Shown here piece after piece: positions 8,930 to 17,254 of a stretch of 59,357 bases of DNA. Source of the stretch: an uncultured Ignavibacteriaceae bacterium. GTDB taxonomy: Bacteria; Zixibacteria; MSB-5A5; GN15; PGXB01. The translations under genes were made by a program, and so were the position numbers. Position 1 is the first letter of the stretch, and each line of letters opens with the position of its first letter. The notes beneath the pieces were generated by a model. It had not been told where the DNA came from, ran no database searches, and saw only the letters and a program-made list of their open reading frames with translations. The stretch spans positions 23,565 through 82,921 of the forward strand of contig CAZMWI010000001.1 in NCBI GenBank assembly GCA_964569945.1. Direction: 5' to 3'.

Positions 8930-10336
8930 CTACACTTTTTCGAGGCGATACTTGTCATTTACCGCCGCGGTCTTCAATGGATAGCGGCCCGAAAAGCAGC
9001 TGACACAGAAACTGCCGTTGGGCAGTGACGGCATGGACAGCATCCCTTCGACCGAGAGATAGCCCAGCGAGTCGACGCCGAGATACTGCTCTATTTTTTT
9101 GATCGATTTGGAGGAGGCGATCAATTCCTCCCGGGTCGGCATATCAATCCCGAAATAGCACGGTGAAATAATCGGCGGCGCCGATATGCGCATATGGATT
9201 TCTTTTGCTCCGGCTGAGCGGATCAGCTTAACCAGCTTAAGCGACGTTGTTCCCCGGACAATGGAATCATCAACGACTACAACGCGCTTGCCGTTGAGGA
9301 CACCTTTGACGGGATTGAATTTTATTTTAACGTCGAGGTCTCGGATTTTTTGTTCAGGATCGATGAAGGTCCTGCCCACATAGTGATTTCGGATCAGGCC
9401 GATTTCGAATTTTATGCCCGACGCTTCGGAATAACCCAGGGCGGCCGTATTGGCCGAGTCGGGTATGCCGATGACGATGTCGGCGTCGGCCGGATGTTCC
9501 TTGGCCAGTTGACGGCCCAGGCGGCGACGGATCTTGTCGACGTTCTCGCCGAAAATTTTCGAATCCGGGCGGGCGAAATATATATATTCAAAAATACAAA
9601 AAGCGTGGGGGCGTTTCCTGACCGGGAAGGCCGAGCGAATACCCTTGCGGCTGATTTCGACCACTTCACCGGGCTCGATCTCGCGAATATACTTGGCGCC
9701 GATGATGTCAAAGGCGCACGTTTCGGAAGCGACAACATAGGCTTTGCGATTGTACTTACCGAGACAAAGCGGCCGGAAGCCCATCGGGTCCCGCATGGCA
9801 TAGATAGCTTCTTCGGTTATAAAGACGTTGGAATACGCGCCTTCAACGTGACTCATCGTATCGCACAAACGGCTGAACCAGGATCGTTTTTTGGACAGGG
9901 CGGCCAGGTGCAGGAATATCTCGGTATCCGACGTCGTCTGGAAAATCGAGCCGCTCCGCTCCAGCTTCTGCCGTAGTTGATATGAATTAGTCAGGTTGCC
10001 GTTATGAGCTATGGCCAGTTTCTGGCTGCGGTTGGTAATCAAAAGGGGCTGGATGTTAGTCAGCGAGGAAGCACCGGTCGTCGAATAGCGGGTATGGCCG
10101 ATGGCGATCGAGCCTTTGAGGCGGTTCAATATATCCCGGTCGGCAAAGACTTCGTTGACCTCACCCATATTCTTATATATATGTACCGATCCGTTACCGG
10201 CCGTAACGATTCCGGCCGATTCCTGTCCGCGATGCTGTAGTGAATAAAGCGCGAAATAAGTCAGTTCGGCGGCCCGGGGAGAGCCGTAGATGGCGAAGAC
10301 GCCGCAATTGTCGTGCATCGAAAAATTGTCTAACAT
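8930..10336 (-). CDS. purF: Amidophosphoribosyltransferase (glutamine PRPP amidotransferase)
   Basis: Contains the N-terminal nucleophile motif NCGVFAIYG, QHRGQESAGIV and the PRTase loop VVVVDDSIVRGTT. The ORF-track start at 10363 is overlapped by a -10-like box, so I prefer the ATG at 10336 (MLDNFSMHDNCGVF). Confidence 0.93.
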   Translation of the reverse strand: MLDNFSMHDNCGVFAIYGSPRAAELTYFALYSLQHRGQESAGIVTAGNGSVHIYKNMGEVNEVFADRDILNRLKGSIAIGHTRYSTTGASSLTNIQPLLITNRSQKLAIAHNGNLTNSYQLRQKLERSGSIFQTTSDTEIFLHLAALSKKRSWFSRLCDTMSHVEGAYSNVFITEEAIYAMRDPMGFRPLCLGKYNRKAYVVASETCAFDIIGAKYIREIEPGEVVEISRKGIRSAFPVRKRPHAFCIFEYIYFARPDSKIFGENVDKIRRRLGRQLAKEHPADADIVIGIPDSANTAALGYSEASGIKFEIGLIRNHYVGRTFIDPEQKIRDLDVKIKFNPVKGVLNGKRVVVVDDSIVRGTTSLKLVKLIRSAGAKEIHMRISAPPIISPCYFGIDMPTREELIASSKSIKKIEQYLGVDSLGYLSVEGMLSMPSLPNGSFCVSCFSGRYPLKTAAVNDKYRLEKV

Positions 10337-10363
10337 GTTTTTACGCCGCCAGTAAAAACCCAT

Positions 10364-10392
10364 ATATTAATAGAGTGTTAGCTCATTGTCAA
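10364..10392 (-). promoter_or_regulatory. Candidate sigma70-type promoter for purF
   Basis: On the minus strand: TTGACA (10392-10387), 17-nt spacer, TAATAT (10369-10364). Confidence 0.4.
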
Positions 10393-10608
10393 GGGCACAA
10401 ATGATATATTGATGCCGCAATTGTGAAATGGGGTGCAGACTTGGACGTAATGGATTGGCGCAATTATACTGCCTTCTGGCGGGTAATCCCCAAGCGCTTC
10501 AGGCCCGCCGACTTACAAAATCAAAATTGCACGGCGATGGAGTATTAGGATTCTACGAGAACTCCATATTAAGGCATACGATTTGCGTGAGATGCGTTCG
10601 AGTAGTTT

Positions 10609-11397
10609 ATGTCTGAAGATACCGCCCATAACAAAGCCATGGCTCAATTTCATATTTTGCGTGAAATTGCGCAATCATGGACATCAGGAAACGAACCGGC
10701 GATTATAGCCGAAGCCGCCCTGAAAAGCTCTGCGCGGCTTTTGGGTATGTCGGCGGCGCGTCTGATTCTGTGGGATGACGACGGCATGACAATCCTGACC
10801 TCGGGTTATTTCGAAACCGATCAGGATAAGAAGCGACTCGACGACATCGAAAACGACCTGTTTTCCAGTCTGCGTAAAAATAACAACCTGATTTCGGCCT
10901 ATCTGTCTTTCGGTGGCGAAATCCCGGTTACCGGGTTTACGCTGCCGCTCAAGACAAAAAATAAAATACTTGGCGCGGTCATCGGCATACAGCCGGGGAC
11001 CGGTTCGCTGGTAAGGGAAGATGTCTTTCTGGAAGCGTTGGGGGCGGCGCTTTCGGTTTCACTGGTGGCGTCCGGGTTGGGCGGGCCGATAGCTGATATG
11101 GATAAGAGGATCAGCAAAGAGCGTATCAAGGCGATCATCGAAACCTCGACCACCCTCAATCATGAGATCAACAATCCTTTGACGGCCGTGCTCGGCAATG
11201 TTCAGTTGCTCCTGATGCGGCGTGATGAACTCGACAAGGATTTGATCAAGAAGCTTGAGACGGTCGAGGAGTCGGCCATGCGAATTCGCACGGTCATGCA
11301 GAAGCTGATGAATTTGACCCGGGACAGCGTTACGGATTACGCCGAGGGTCTCAAAATGATCGACCTCTCGGATGAAGACAACAACAACTCCTCTTAG
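10609..11397 (+). CDS. GAF-like sensor domain fused to a histidine-kinase DHp (HisKA) domain, with no catalytic ATPase domain
   Basis: The N-terminal ~150 aa resemble GAF (ILREIAQS...LLGMSAARLILWDDDG...NKILGAVIGIQ). The H-box LNHEINNPLTAVLGNVQLL is followed by one helical hairpin and then an acidic tail and stop. No N/G1/F/G2 boxes are present. Confidence 0.7.
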   Translation: MSEDTAHNKAMAQFHILREIAQSWTSGNEPAIIAEAALKSSARLLGMSAARLILWDDDGMTILTSGYFETDQDKKRLDDIENDLFSSLRKNNNLISAYLSFGGEIPVTGFTLPLKTKNKILGAVIGIQPGTGSLVREDVFLEALGAALSVSLVASGLGGPIADMDKRISKERIKAIIETSTTLNHEINNPLTAVLGNVQLLLMRRDELDKDLIKKLETVEESAMRIRTVMQKLMNLTRDSVTDYAEGLKMIDLSDEDNNNSS

Positions 11398-11423
11398 TTC
11401 CCTCTTATCCCTACCTCGCCCAG

Positions 11424-11455
11424 TGGCCCCATTGAAAAATGGGGCCATTTTTTTT
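11424..11455 (+). terminator. Rho-independent terminator after the GAF-DHp gene
   Basis: A perfect 9-bp stem, TGGCCCCAT (11424-11432) pairing with ATGGGGCCA (11439-11447), loop TGAAAA, followed by T8 (11448-11455). Confidence 0.9.
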
Positions 11456-11501
11456 GGCTGGAGAGCCAGTCTCATTTAAACCTTGACTTTTTCGCACCAT
11501 A

Positions 11502-11529
11502 TTGATTGCTTTATTTAACCTGTTATATT
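11502..11529 (+). promoter_or_regulatory. Candidate sigma70-type promoter for the acetyl-CoA synthetase gene
   Basis: TTGATT (11502-11507), 16-nt spacer, TATATT (11524-11529). This is about 40 nt upstream of the ATG at 11571. Confidence 0.4.
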
Positions 11530-11570
11530 AAAGCGTATTGAGCCTGTTTTCTTAAGACAAGGATATATTT

Positions 11571-13679
11571 ATGCAAGAACTGGACTATATTTTCCGGCCT
11601 AACTCAGTGGCCGTAATCGGAGCCTCGACCCGCAAAGGTACCATCGGGCGCGAAATACTCCACAACATCATCACCAACGAATTCAACGGCAAAGTATTTC
11701 CCGTCAACCCCAAAGCCTCGGTGATTCATTCAATCAAATGCTATTCAACCATACTCGACGTGCCCGACGCCGTCGATATGGCCATAATCGTCGTCCCTCG
11801 CGATTTCGTCCCCGAGGTCGCCGAACAATGTGGACAGAAAGGCGTACGTGGTTTGGTCGTCATTTCCGCTGGATTCCGCGAGGTCGGCGGTCGGGGGCTG
11901 GAGCTTGAAAATCAGGTGATAGATATTTGCAATAAATACCGCATGCGCATGATCGGCCCCAACTGCTTCGGTGTCGTCAATGCCAACCCGCTGGTCAGCT
12001 TGAACTGTACTTTCGGCAAGACTCATCCGAGTTACGGTAGGGTCGGATTTATATCGCAGTCCGGCGCGCTGGGTGAAGCGATCATGAACCACGCAACTGT
12101 GATCGGGCTGGGATTTTCGATGGTAGCCTCGATCGGCAATAAGGCCGATATTTCGGCCAACGATATACTGGAGTACTGGGCCGACGATCCCGAAACAGAT
12201 ATTATTCTGTTGTACCTCGAAAATTTCGGTAATCCCCGTCGATTTACGAAAATCGCGCGGGAGATATCGCGCACCAAGCCAATCGTGGCGGTGAAATCAG
12301 GTCGGACCAAGCAGGGAGCGCAGGCGGCCTCGTCGCATACCGGGGCGCTGGCTGAATTGGACGTCGGCGTGGATGCTTTGTTCGATCAGTGCGGGGTGCT
12401 GCGGGTGTCGTCGGTGGAAGAGCTTTTCGACGTTGCGGCGGCGCTGTCCAAGCAGCCGATACCCAAAGGCAACCGTGTGGCGATAGTCTCCAATGCCGGG
12501 GGACCGGCCCTGCTGGCGACCGATGCCATGGTCAGCCTGGGCATGAAAGTCTCGCCGTTTAAGCCGGCGACGAAAAACAAACTCAAGAAAGCGCTTTCGG
12601 GCCAGGGGACAATCAACAACCCGCTGGACCTTGTCGCCGGGGCCGGGGGAGAACATTTCGAGACGGCGCTGAAAGTCCTGCGCGACGAGCCTGACTTCGA
12701 CAGCATTGTGTCCATCTTCGTACCTCCTGTGACGGCCAACCAGATGAACGTTGCCGAAGCCATTTTGAAAGGCATTCACGGTACTAAGAAGTCCGTCCTG
12801 GCGTGCTTCATGGGAGCGGGGAAGGATACGCGCGGCGTGCAGCATTTGAAGGAAAACGGCGTTCCTGTATATTTATTCCCCGAAGCTATCGCGAAAACGC
12901 TGTCTCAGATCGATGCTTACCGCCAGTGGCTGGATCGGCCACAGTCGTCATTCAAGAATTTCCGGGTCGACAAAAAGGCGGTGCAGGCGGTTATTGACGA
13001 CGCCATAAAATCGGGGCAGAATTCAATTATCGGAGATAAAGCGGCGAGCATCCTGAGAGCCTACGGTATTCCGACGACTGAGTGCAGGATTGCCGCATCG
13101 GAGAAAGAGGCTGTGACGTTCGCCGATGAAATCGGCTACCCGGTTGTTCTAAAGGTTAATACACCTCAGATTTTGCACAAGACGGAAATGGGCGCGGTCG
13201 TAATTGATTTAAGGACGGCTAAAGAAGTCCGCGCCGCTTTTGCGAGGCTTAAAAAGAAGGTCTCCGCCGCATCCAAAAACAGCGACAAGTTTACAGTCTT
13301 GGTGCAGGAGATGGTTCCGGGCGGGGTGGAGACAGTTATGGGCATGACCACCGACCCGTCGTTCGGTCCCCTGATCATGTTCGGCCTGGGCGGGATTTAT
13401 GTTGAGATTCTCAAAGACGTCGCGTTTCGTATCAATCCGCTGAACGTTAACAACGTCGACGAGATGATCCGCTCGCTGAAATCTTACCCGCTTCTGACCG
13501 GTTTCCGGGGCAGCGAACCGGCCGACATCCCGACCCTGAAAGAATCGCTTTTGCGTTTGTCTCAGCTTGTGACCGATTTCGATCAATTTTCCGAAATAGA
13601 CATCAACCCGTTTATTTCACAATCGGGCAAAGGCAAATCGAAGGCGGTCGACGCGAGATTCATAATCAAAGTCGAGTGA
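11571..13679 (+). CDS. ADP-forming acetyl-CoA synthetase / acetate--CoA ligase family protein (fused alpha-beta)
   Basis: A 702-aa protein. The N-terminal CoA-binding and succinyl-CoA-synthetase-like flavodoxin domains carry SVAVIGAS, GPNCFG, ISQSGALG and SHTGALA (phosphohistidine loop). The C-terminus is an ATP-grasp domain (GYPVVLKV...). Confidence 0.88.
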   Translation: MQELDYIFRPNSVAVIGASTRKGTIGREILHNIITNEFNGKVFPVNPKASVIHSIKCYSTILDVPDAVDMAIIVVPRDFVPEVAEQCGQKGVRGLVVISAGFREVGGRGLELENQVIDICNKYRMRMIGPNCFGVVNANPLVSLNCTFGKTHPSYGRVGFISQSGALGEAIMNHATVIGLGFSMVASIGNKADISANDILEYWADDPETDIILLYLENFGNPRRFTKIAREISRTKPIVAVKSGRTKQGAQAASSHTGALAELDVGVDALFDQCGVLRVSSVEELFDVAAALSKQPIPKGNRVAIVSNAGGPALLATDAMVSLGMKVSPFKPATKNKLKKALSGQGTINNPLDLVAGAGGEHFETALKVLRDEPDFDSIVSIFVPPVTANQMNVAEAILKGIHGTKKSVLACFMGAGKDTRGVQHLKENGVPVYLFPEAIAKTLSQIDAYRQWLDRPQSSFKNFRVDKKAVQAVIDDAIKSGQNSIIGDKAASILRAYGIPTTECRIAASEKEAVTFADEIGYPVVLKVNTPQILHKTEMGAVVIDLRTAKEVRAAFARLKKKVSAASKNSDKFTVLVQEMVPGGVETVMGMTTDPSFGPLIMFGLGGIYVEILKDVAFRINPLNVNNVDEMIRSLKSYPLLTGFRGSEPADIPTLKESLLRLSQLVTDFDQFSEIDINPFISQSGKGKSKAVDARFIIKVE

Positions 13680-13812
13680 TTTCGCAGGATTACACGGATG
13701 TTTTTGATTGAATCAAGACGTCCCGTGTATTAGATAGATATAAATTGATGGAAACGTCCCGAATTTCATAAATTAATAGGCGGACAATGCCTGAAAACTC
13801 AAGAGGTGAGGC

Positions 13813-14352
13813 ATGAAGCTTGAACTTAAATCAATCGGCTACTGGTCGATTATAAAAATCTCCTTCGTGGTAAATCTGGTACTTGGAGCCATTATAGGAT
13901 TCTTTATCGGTGCGTTCATGAGTTTCTTCATGGCACTGGCAACACAGATGGGAGAATTCGGCGGCACTTCAATGCCCTTTTTGAACGAAGGAAGCGGGGC
14001 TGCCGGCGGGATCGTAATGATTATTCTTATGGTCATCCTTTATGGTTTCATGGGCGCCATATTCAACACAATTTTGTGCATAATCGCCACGTTCATTTAC
14101 AATCTGGCCGCCAAGCTTCTCGGCGGAATCGAACTGGAATTTGCTGAAATCCCGGCGAATTTGCCCCCGTATTCGTACGGCGGTCAGCATCAATATCAGC
14201 CACCACCTCCTCAGCCTCAGCCAATGCAGCCCCAGCAGCATCCGGCTCCGCCGCCCCCACCTCCACCACCACCACCGCCCGGACCGCCTCCGCCGCCGCC
14301 TCCGGTGCAGCCGCTGCCGCCCGATATCGAACCGCCCAAAGACGAGAACTGA
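13813..14352 (+). CDS. Small integral membrane protein with a proline-rich C-terminal tail
   Basis: Three or four predicted TM helices in the first ~110 aa. The tail is QYQPPPPQPQPMQPQQHPAPPPPPPPPPPPGPPPPPPPVQPLPPDIEPP. I recognise no catalytic motif. Confidence 0.6.
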   Translation: MKLELKSIGYWSIIKISFVVNLVLGAIIGFFIGAFMSFFMALATQMGEFGGTSMPFLNEGSGAAGGIVMIILMVILYGFMGAIFNTILCIIATFIYNLAAKLLGGIELEFAEIPANLPPYSYGGQHQYQPPPPQPQPMQPQQHPAPPPPPPPPPPPGPPPPPPPVQPLPPDIEPPKDEN

Positions 14353-14409
14353 GTTGGTTGCGGCCTTTGCCGCCGGGTAGAATTATTTAAAATTAGAGAG
14401 TAATAAGTT

Positions 14410-15858
14410 ATGTCCGATAAACCTGTCAAAGTCAGAATTGCACCTTCGCCATCGGGTTATTTGCACGTCGGGACCGCCCGCACCGCCATTTTCAATTGGC
14501 TATATGCCCGTCAGACCGGCGGAACGTTTTTGGTTCGTATCGAAGATACTGACACCGCTCGCTCCGATGCGTCGTTGATAGATCCTATCCTCGACGCCTT
14601 GAAATGGCTGGGGCTTGATTGGAATGAAGAGCCGTATTTCCAGTCCCAGCGGCTGGAAAGATACAACGGGTATGTCGACAAACTCATTTCCATCGGCAGG
14701 GCTTACAGATGTTTTCGCACGCCCGAAGAGATGGACCAGAAAAGAAAAGAATTGGCAGCTGAATCCAAAGACATCCGCATCGACCGAAATTGGCTTAAAA
14801 GCTCCCCGGAAGAAGAACAGAGATTGCTCGATGATAATACACCATTTGCAGTACGACTGGAAATTCCGGAAGGATCGACAACCTATCACGATCTGATTCT
14901 CGGCGATTTGACTCGTGAAAACAGCGAGATCGAGGATTTCGTGATTTGTCGCTCCGATGGCCGGGCGGTGTACAATATGGCGGTCGTCGTCGACGATCAC
15001 GAGATGGGCATAACGCACGTCATCAGGGGCAACGATCACATCACCAATACTTTCAAACAGATCTTATTGTACCGTGCGTTGAATCTCGAAATTCCCGAGT
15101 TTGCTCACGTCCCGCTGATTCTCCGTCCCGACAAGAAAAAAGTATCGAAACGACTGGGCGATAAAGACGTCGCTGAGTACGGCAACGAGGGTATCCTGCC
15201 CCAAGCACTTTTTAATTTCCTGTGTTTGCTGGGATGGTCGCCTAAAGATGACCGGGAATTTATGTCTCGCGAGGAATTAATGGAAGCCTTTGTACTGGAA
15301 AATGTCAACAAGGCCAACCCGATATTCAACGAAGAAAAGCTCCTGGCGTTAAACCAGCAGCATATCATGCACACTCCCGATCACAAGCTGGCCGATATGG
15401 TGGCCCCGATGCTGGTGGCGGCCGGATTCACAACCAAGTACTGGCTGGAGACGCGCTGGCAGTACCTGCTTGAAATTATCGCCATGCTCAAAGAACGATG
15501 CAAACGAATGACGGAGTTTGTCGAAAAGAGCGAGTATTTCTTCACCGATGAATTCGAGTACGATGCCGACGCCGCACAGAAGCAATTCACGGATGAAGGG
15601 CTGGCGCTTTTGAAAAAAATCAAAGTCGGTTTCGAGCGGTTGAAAAGTTTCAAGCATGATGATATCATGGGAGTCATAAATACACTGGCCGAAGAGTTAG
15701 GAATAAAGAAGGGCAAATTGATTCATCCGACCCGGCTGGCGGTTTCCGGAACTTCGGTGGGGCCGGGGCTGTATGAAATGCTGGAAGCCCTCGGACAAAC
15801 GGCAGTAGTGAACCGTCTGCAGAAGGCAATTGATTTTATAAATAAGCGAGGGAATTGA
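14410..15858 (+). CDS. gltX: Glutamate--tRNA ligase
   Basis: Class I synthetase HIGH motif (SGYLHVGTARTA) and KMSKS-type motif (KVSKRL). 482 aa. Confidence 0.95.
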   Translation: MSDKPVKVRIAPSPSGYLHVGTARTAIFNWLYARQTGGTFLVRIEDTDTARSDASLIDPILDALKWLGLDWNEEPYFQSQRLERYNGYVDKLISIGRAYRCFRTPEEMDQKRKELAAESKDIRIDRNWLKSSPEEEQRLLDDNTPFAVRLEIPEGSTTYHDLILGDLTRENSEIEDFVICRSDGRAVYNMAVVVDDHEMGITHVIRGNDHITNTFKQILLYRALNLEIPEFAHVPLILRPDKKKVSKRLGDKDVAEYGNEGILPQALFNFLCLLGWSPKDDREFMSREELMEAFVLENVNKANPIFNEEKLLALNQQHIMHTPDHKLADMVAPMLVAAGFTTKYWLETRWQYLLEIIAMLKERCKRMTEFVEKSEYFFTDEFEYDADAAQKQFTDEGLALLKKIKVGFERLKSFKHDDIMGVINTLAEELGIKKGKLIHPTRLAVSGTSVGPGLYEMLEALGQTAVVNRLQKAIDFINKRGN

Positions 15859-15859
15859 T

Positions 15860-16018
15860 ATGGACGAAATAGAAAAGCTGAAAAAAGAGATCGAAGAGCT
15901 GGAGCGCCAGCTCGAGAAGAACCGCTTCGGCGGGATTTTTGAACGCAACGCGCGGGTGCGTCAGGAGAAAAAGCTCACCAAACTGAGAAAAGCCCTTGAA
16001 AAATTGGAGAAGAAGTGA
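15860..16018 (+). CDS. Small (52 aa) charged coiled-coil protein, below the ORF-track threshold
   Basis: The ATG is 1 nt after the gltX stop, with GAGGG 8 nt upstream. The product is MDEIEKLKKEIEELERQLEKNRFGG...LRKALEKLEKK, and the frame fills the gap. No recognisable family. Confidence 0.4.
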   Translation: MDEIEKLKKEIEELERQLEKNRFGGIFERNARVRQEKKLTKLRKALEKLEKK

Positions 16019-16069
16019 TATTATGCGCGATAATTTAAGGATGGGCAATTGATTACGAGGTAACGACCG

Positions 16070-16573
16070 ATGTATGATGAGCAATTGAAAGACGAAGCGA
16101 CACTGCTAAGATATGCCATAAGGGGAGAGGTGAACGGCCACACTTTTTACGGCCTTCTGGCGGACAAGACCACCAACCCCGATGCCAAAAGACGGCTGCA
16201 GACGCTGCGCGACGATGAAATCCGCCACGAAGCGATTCTGCGGGGCCTGTTCAAGAAATTTATCAACCAACCGATCGGGGAACTTCCCGTTCGCGGGCTC
16301 GACGCCCTGGCTACCGTTTTCGAAAAAGGTAAATTGAAAAACCTGCATTCGGAAGTAGAATATATCAGCCTCGCTATCGAGGCCGAACGCGTGACGACCA
16401 AGTTTTACGAAGCCGCCAAAGAAACCGTCAAGAGCGACGAATTCAGGACCATATTGCAGGACCTGGCCGACGAGGAAAACGGGCATTTCGAAATATTGAT
16501 GGCTGAGAAGGAAGCCTTGGCCGGTAATTATTACTGGTTTTCATCCGACGGCACACAGCCGATGGAGGATTAA
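16070..16573 (+). CDS. Rubrerythrin-type diiron ferritin-like protein (diiron domain only)
   Basis: Two E...ExxH pairs are present: GEVNGH, DDEIRHE, IEAERV and DEENGHFE. The 167-aa product ends at a TAA that is in frame with the following rubredoxin-like mini-ORF. Confidence 0.8.
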   Translation: MYDEQLKDEATLLRYAIRGEVNGHTFYGLLADKTTNPDAKRRLQTLRDDEIRHEAILRGLFKKFINQPIGELPVRGLDALATVFEKGKLKNLHSEVEYISLAIEAERVTTKFYEAAKETVKSDEFRTILQDLADEENGHFEILMAEKEALAGNYYWFSSDGTQPMED

Positions 16574-16579
16574 GGCTTT

Positions 16580-16687
16580 ATGACCTGGGTTTGTAGTGTC
16601 TGCGGTTATCCGCACGAAGGAGAAAAGCCGCCGGTATCGTGTCCGGTTTGCAACGCTCCCGAAGACAAGTTCGAAAAAGCCGGATAA
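16580..16687 (+). CDS. Rubredoxin-like CxxC...CxxC zinc/iron-ribbon mini-protein (35 aa), equivalent to the C-terminal domain of rubrerythrin
   Basis: The product is MTWVCSVCGYPHEGEKPPVSCPVCNAPEDKFEKAG. GGAGGA lies 10 nt upstream of the ATG. It is absent from the ORF track because it is under 60 aa. It is in the same frame as the upstream diiron ORF. Confidence 0.7.
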   Translation: MTWVCSVCGYPHEGEKPPVSCPVCNAPEDKFEKAG

Positions 16688-16697
16688 GGGAAAAGTA

Positions 16698-17186
16698 ATG
16701 ATCATATTCGGCAAGGTGAAAGTCGGGAAAAAGGCGCCCGATTTCAGTCTCCCCACGCATATTGGCGGGCGGATCAAACTTTCTGATTTTGTTGGCAAGA
16801 AGAATGTCCTGATCGCGTTTTATCCTCTCGATTATACCCCTGTTTGCAGCAACCAGATGCCCAGCTATGAGAATCAACTGAAAGATTTCGAGGATCTTAA
16901 TACGGTCATACTCGGTATTTCTTCCGATTCCATCCCAGCCCATCAATCGTGGTCCAAATCTATCGGCGGGATTTCTTTCAACCTGCTTTCCGACTTCTGG
17001 CCGCACGGTGAGGTGGCGCGCAAGTACGGAGTTTTTCTCGATGATAAAGGCATCGCGGACAGGTATATTTTCGTCGTCGATCGCGAAGGAATCGTCCGCT
17101 ACATAGAGCATGTCGGTCTGCTGAATATCCCCGATAATAGTAAAGTGCTGACGTTCCTGAAATCGTTGGAAAATGGGCAGCAGTAA
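16698..17186 (+). CDS. Peroxiredoxin (AhpC/TSA, Bcp-like thiol peroxidase)
   Basis: Contains KAPDFSLP and the peroxidatic Cys motif FYPLDYTPVCSNQ. I prefer the ATG at 16698 (MIIFGKVKVGKK) because the ORF-track start at 16596 overlaps the rubredoxin-like ORF and encodes an Arg/Lys/Ser-rich N-terminal extension that does not look like part of a peroxiredoxin. Confidence 0.88.
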   Translation: MIIFGKVKVGKKAPDFSLPTHIGGRIKLSDFVGKKNVLIAFYPLDYTPVCSNQMPSYENQLKDFEDLNTVILGISSDSIPAHQSWSKSIGGISFNLLSDFWPHGEVARKYGVFLDDKGIADRYIFVVDREGIVRYIEHVGLLNIPDNSKVLTFLKSLENGQQ

Positions 17187-17254
17187 TCCATCTTCGGGAA
17201 CAAAGCGGGGCGTATTTCATTATCACAGGTAGAAAGGGTGTTTGATTAGATAGT

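Noticed and set aside
10428-10616. A 62-aa plus-strand ORF in the purF / GAF-DHp intergenic region
   Set aside because: It has no ribosome-binding site, its sequence is Cys/Arg/Leu-rich, and it overlaps the start of the following gene. It is probably non-coding.
13690-13730. A nested inverted repeat (TACACGG...CCGTGTA with an inner TTGAT...ATCAA) after the acetyl-CoA synthetase gene, considered as a terminator
   Set aside because: The loop is long and no T-tract follows. This is too weak to call as a terminator or regulatory RNA.
14240-14320. The CCN-rich tract as a phase-variable microsatellite
   Set aside because: The tract is not an exact unit repeat because the codons vary (CCG/CCC/CCA/CCT with interruptions). 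Slipped-strand phase variation is therefore not supported, and I treat it as polyproline coding sequence.
16596-16697. The ORF-track N-terminal extension of the peroxiredoxin (start at 16596)
   Set aside because: The extension (MSAVIRTKEKSRRYRVRFATLPKTSSKKPDKGKV) overlaps the rubredoxin-like ORF in another frame and does not resemble a peroxiredoxin. The ATG at 16698 is preceded by an AAGGGAAAAG ribosome-binding region.
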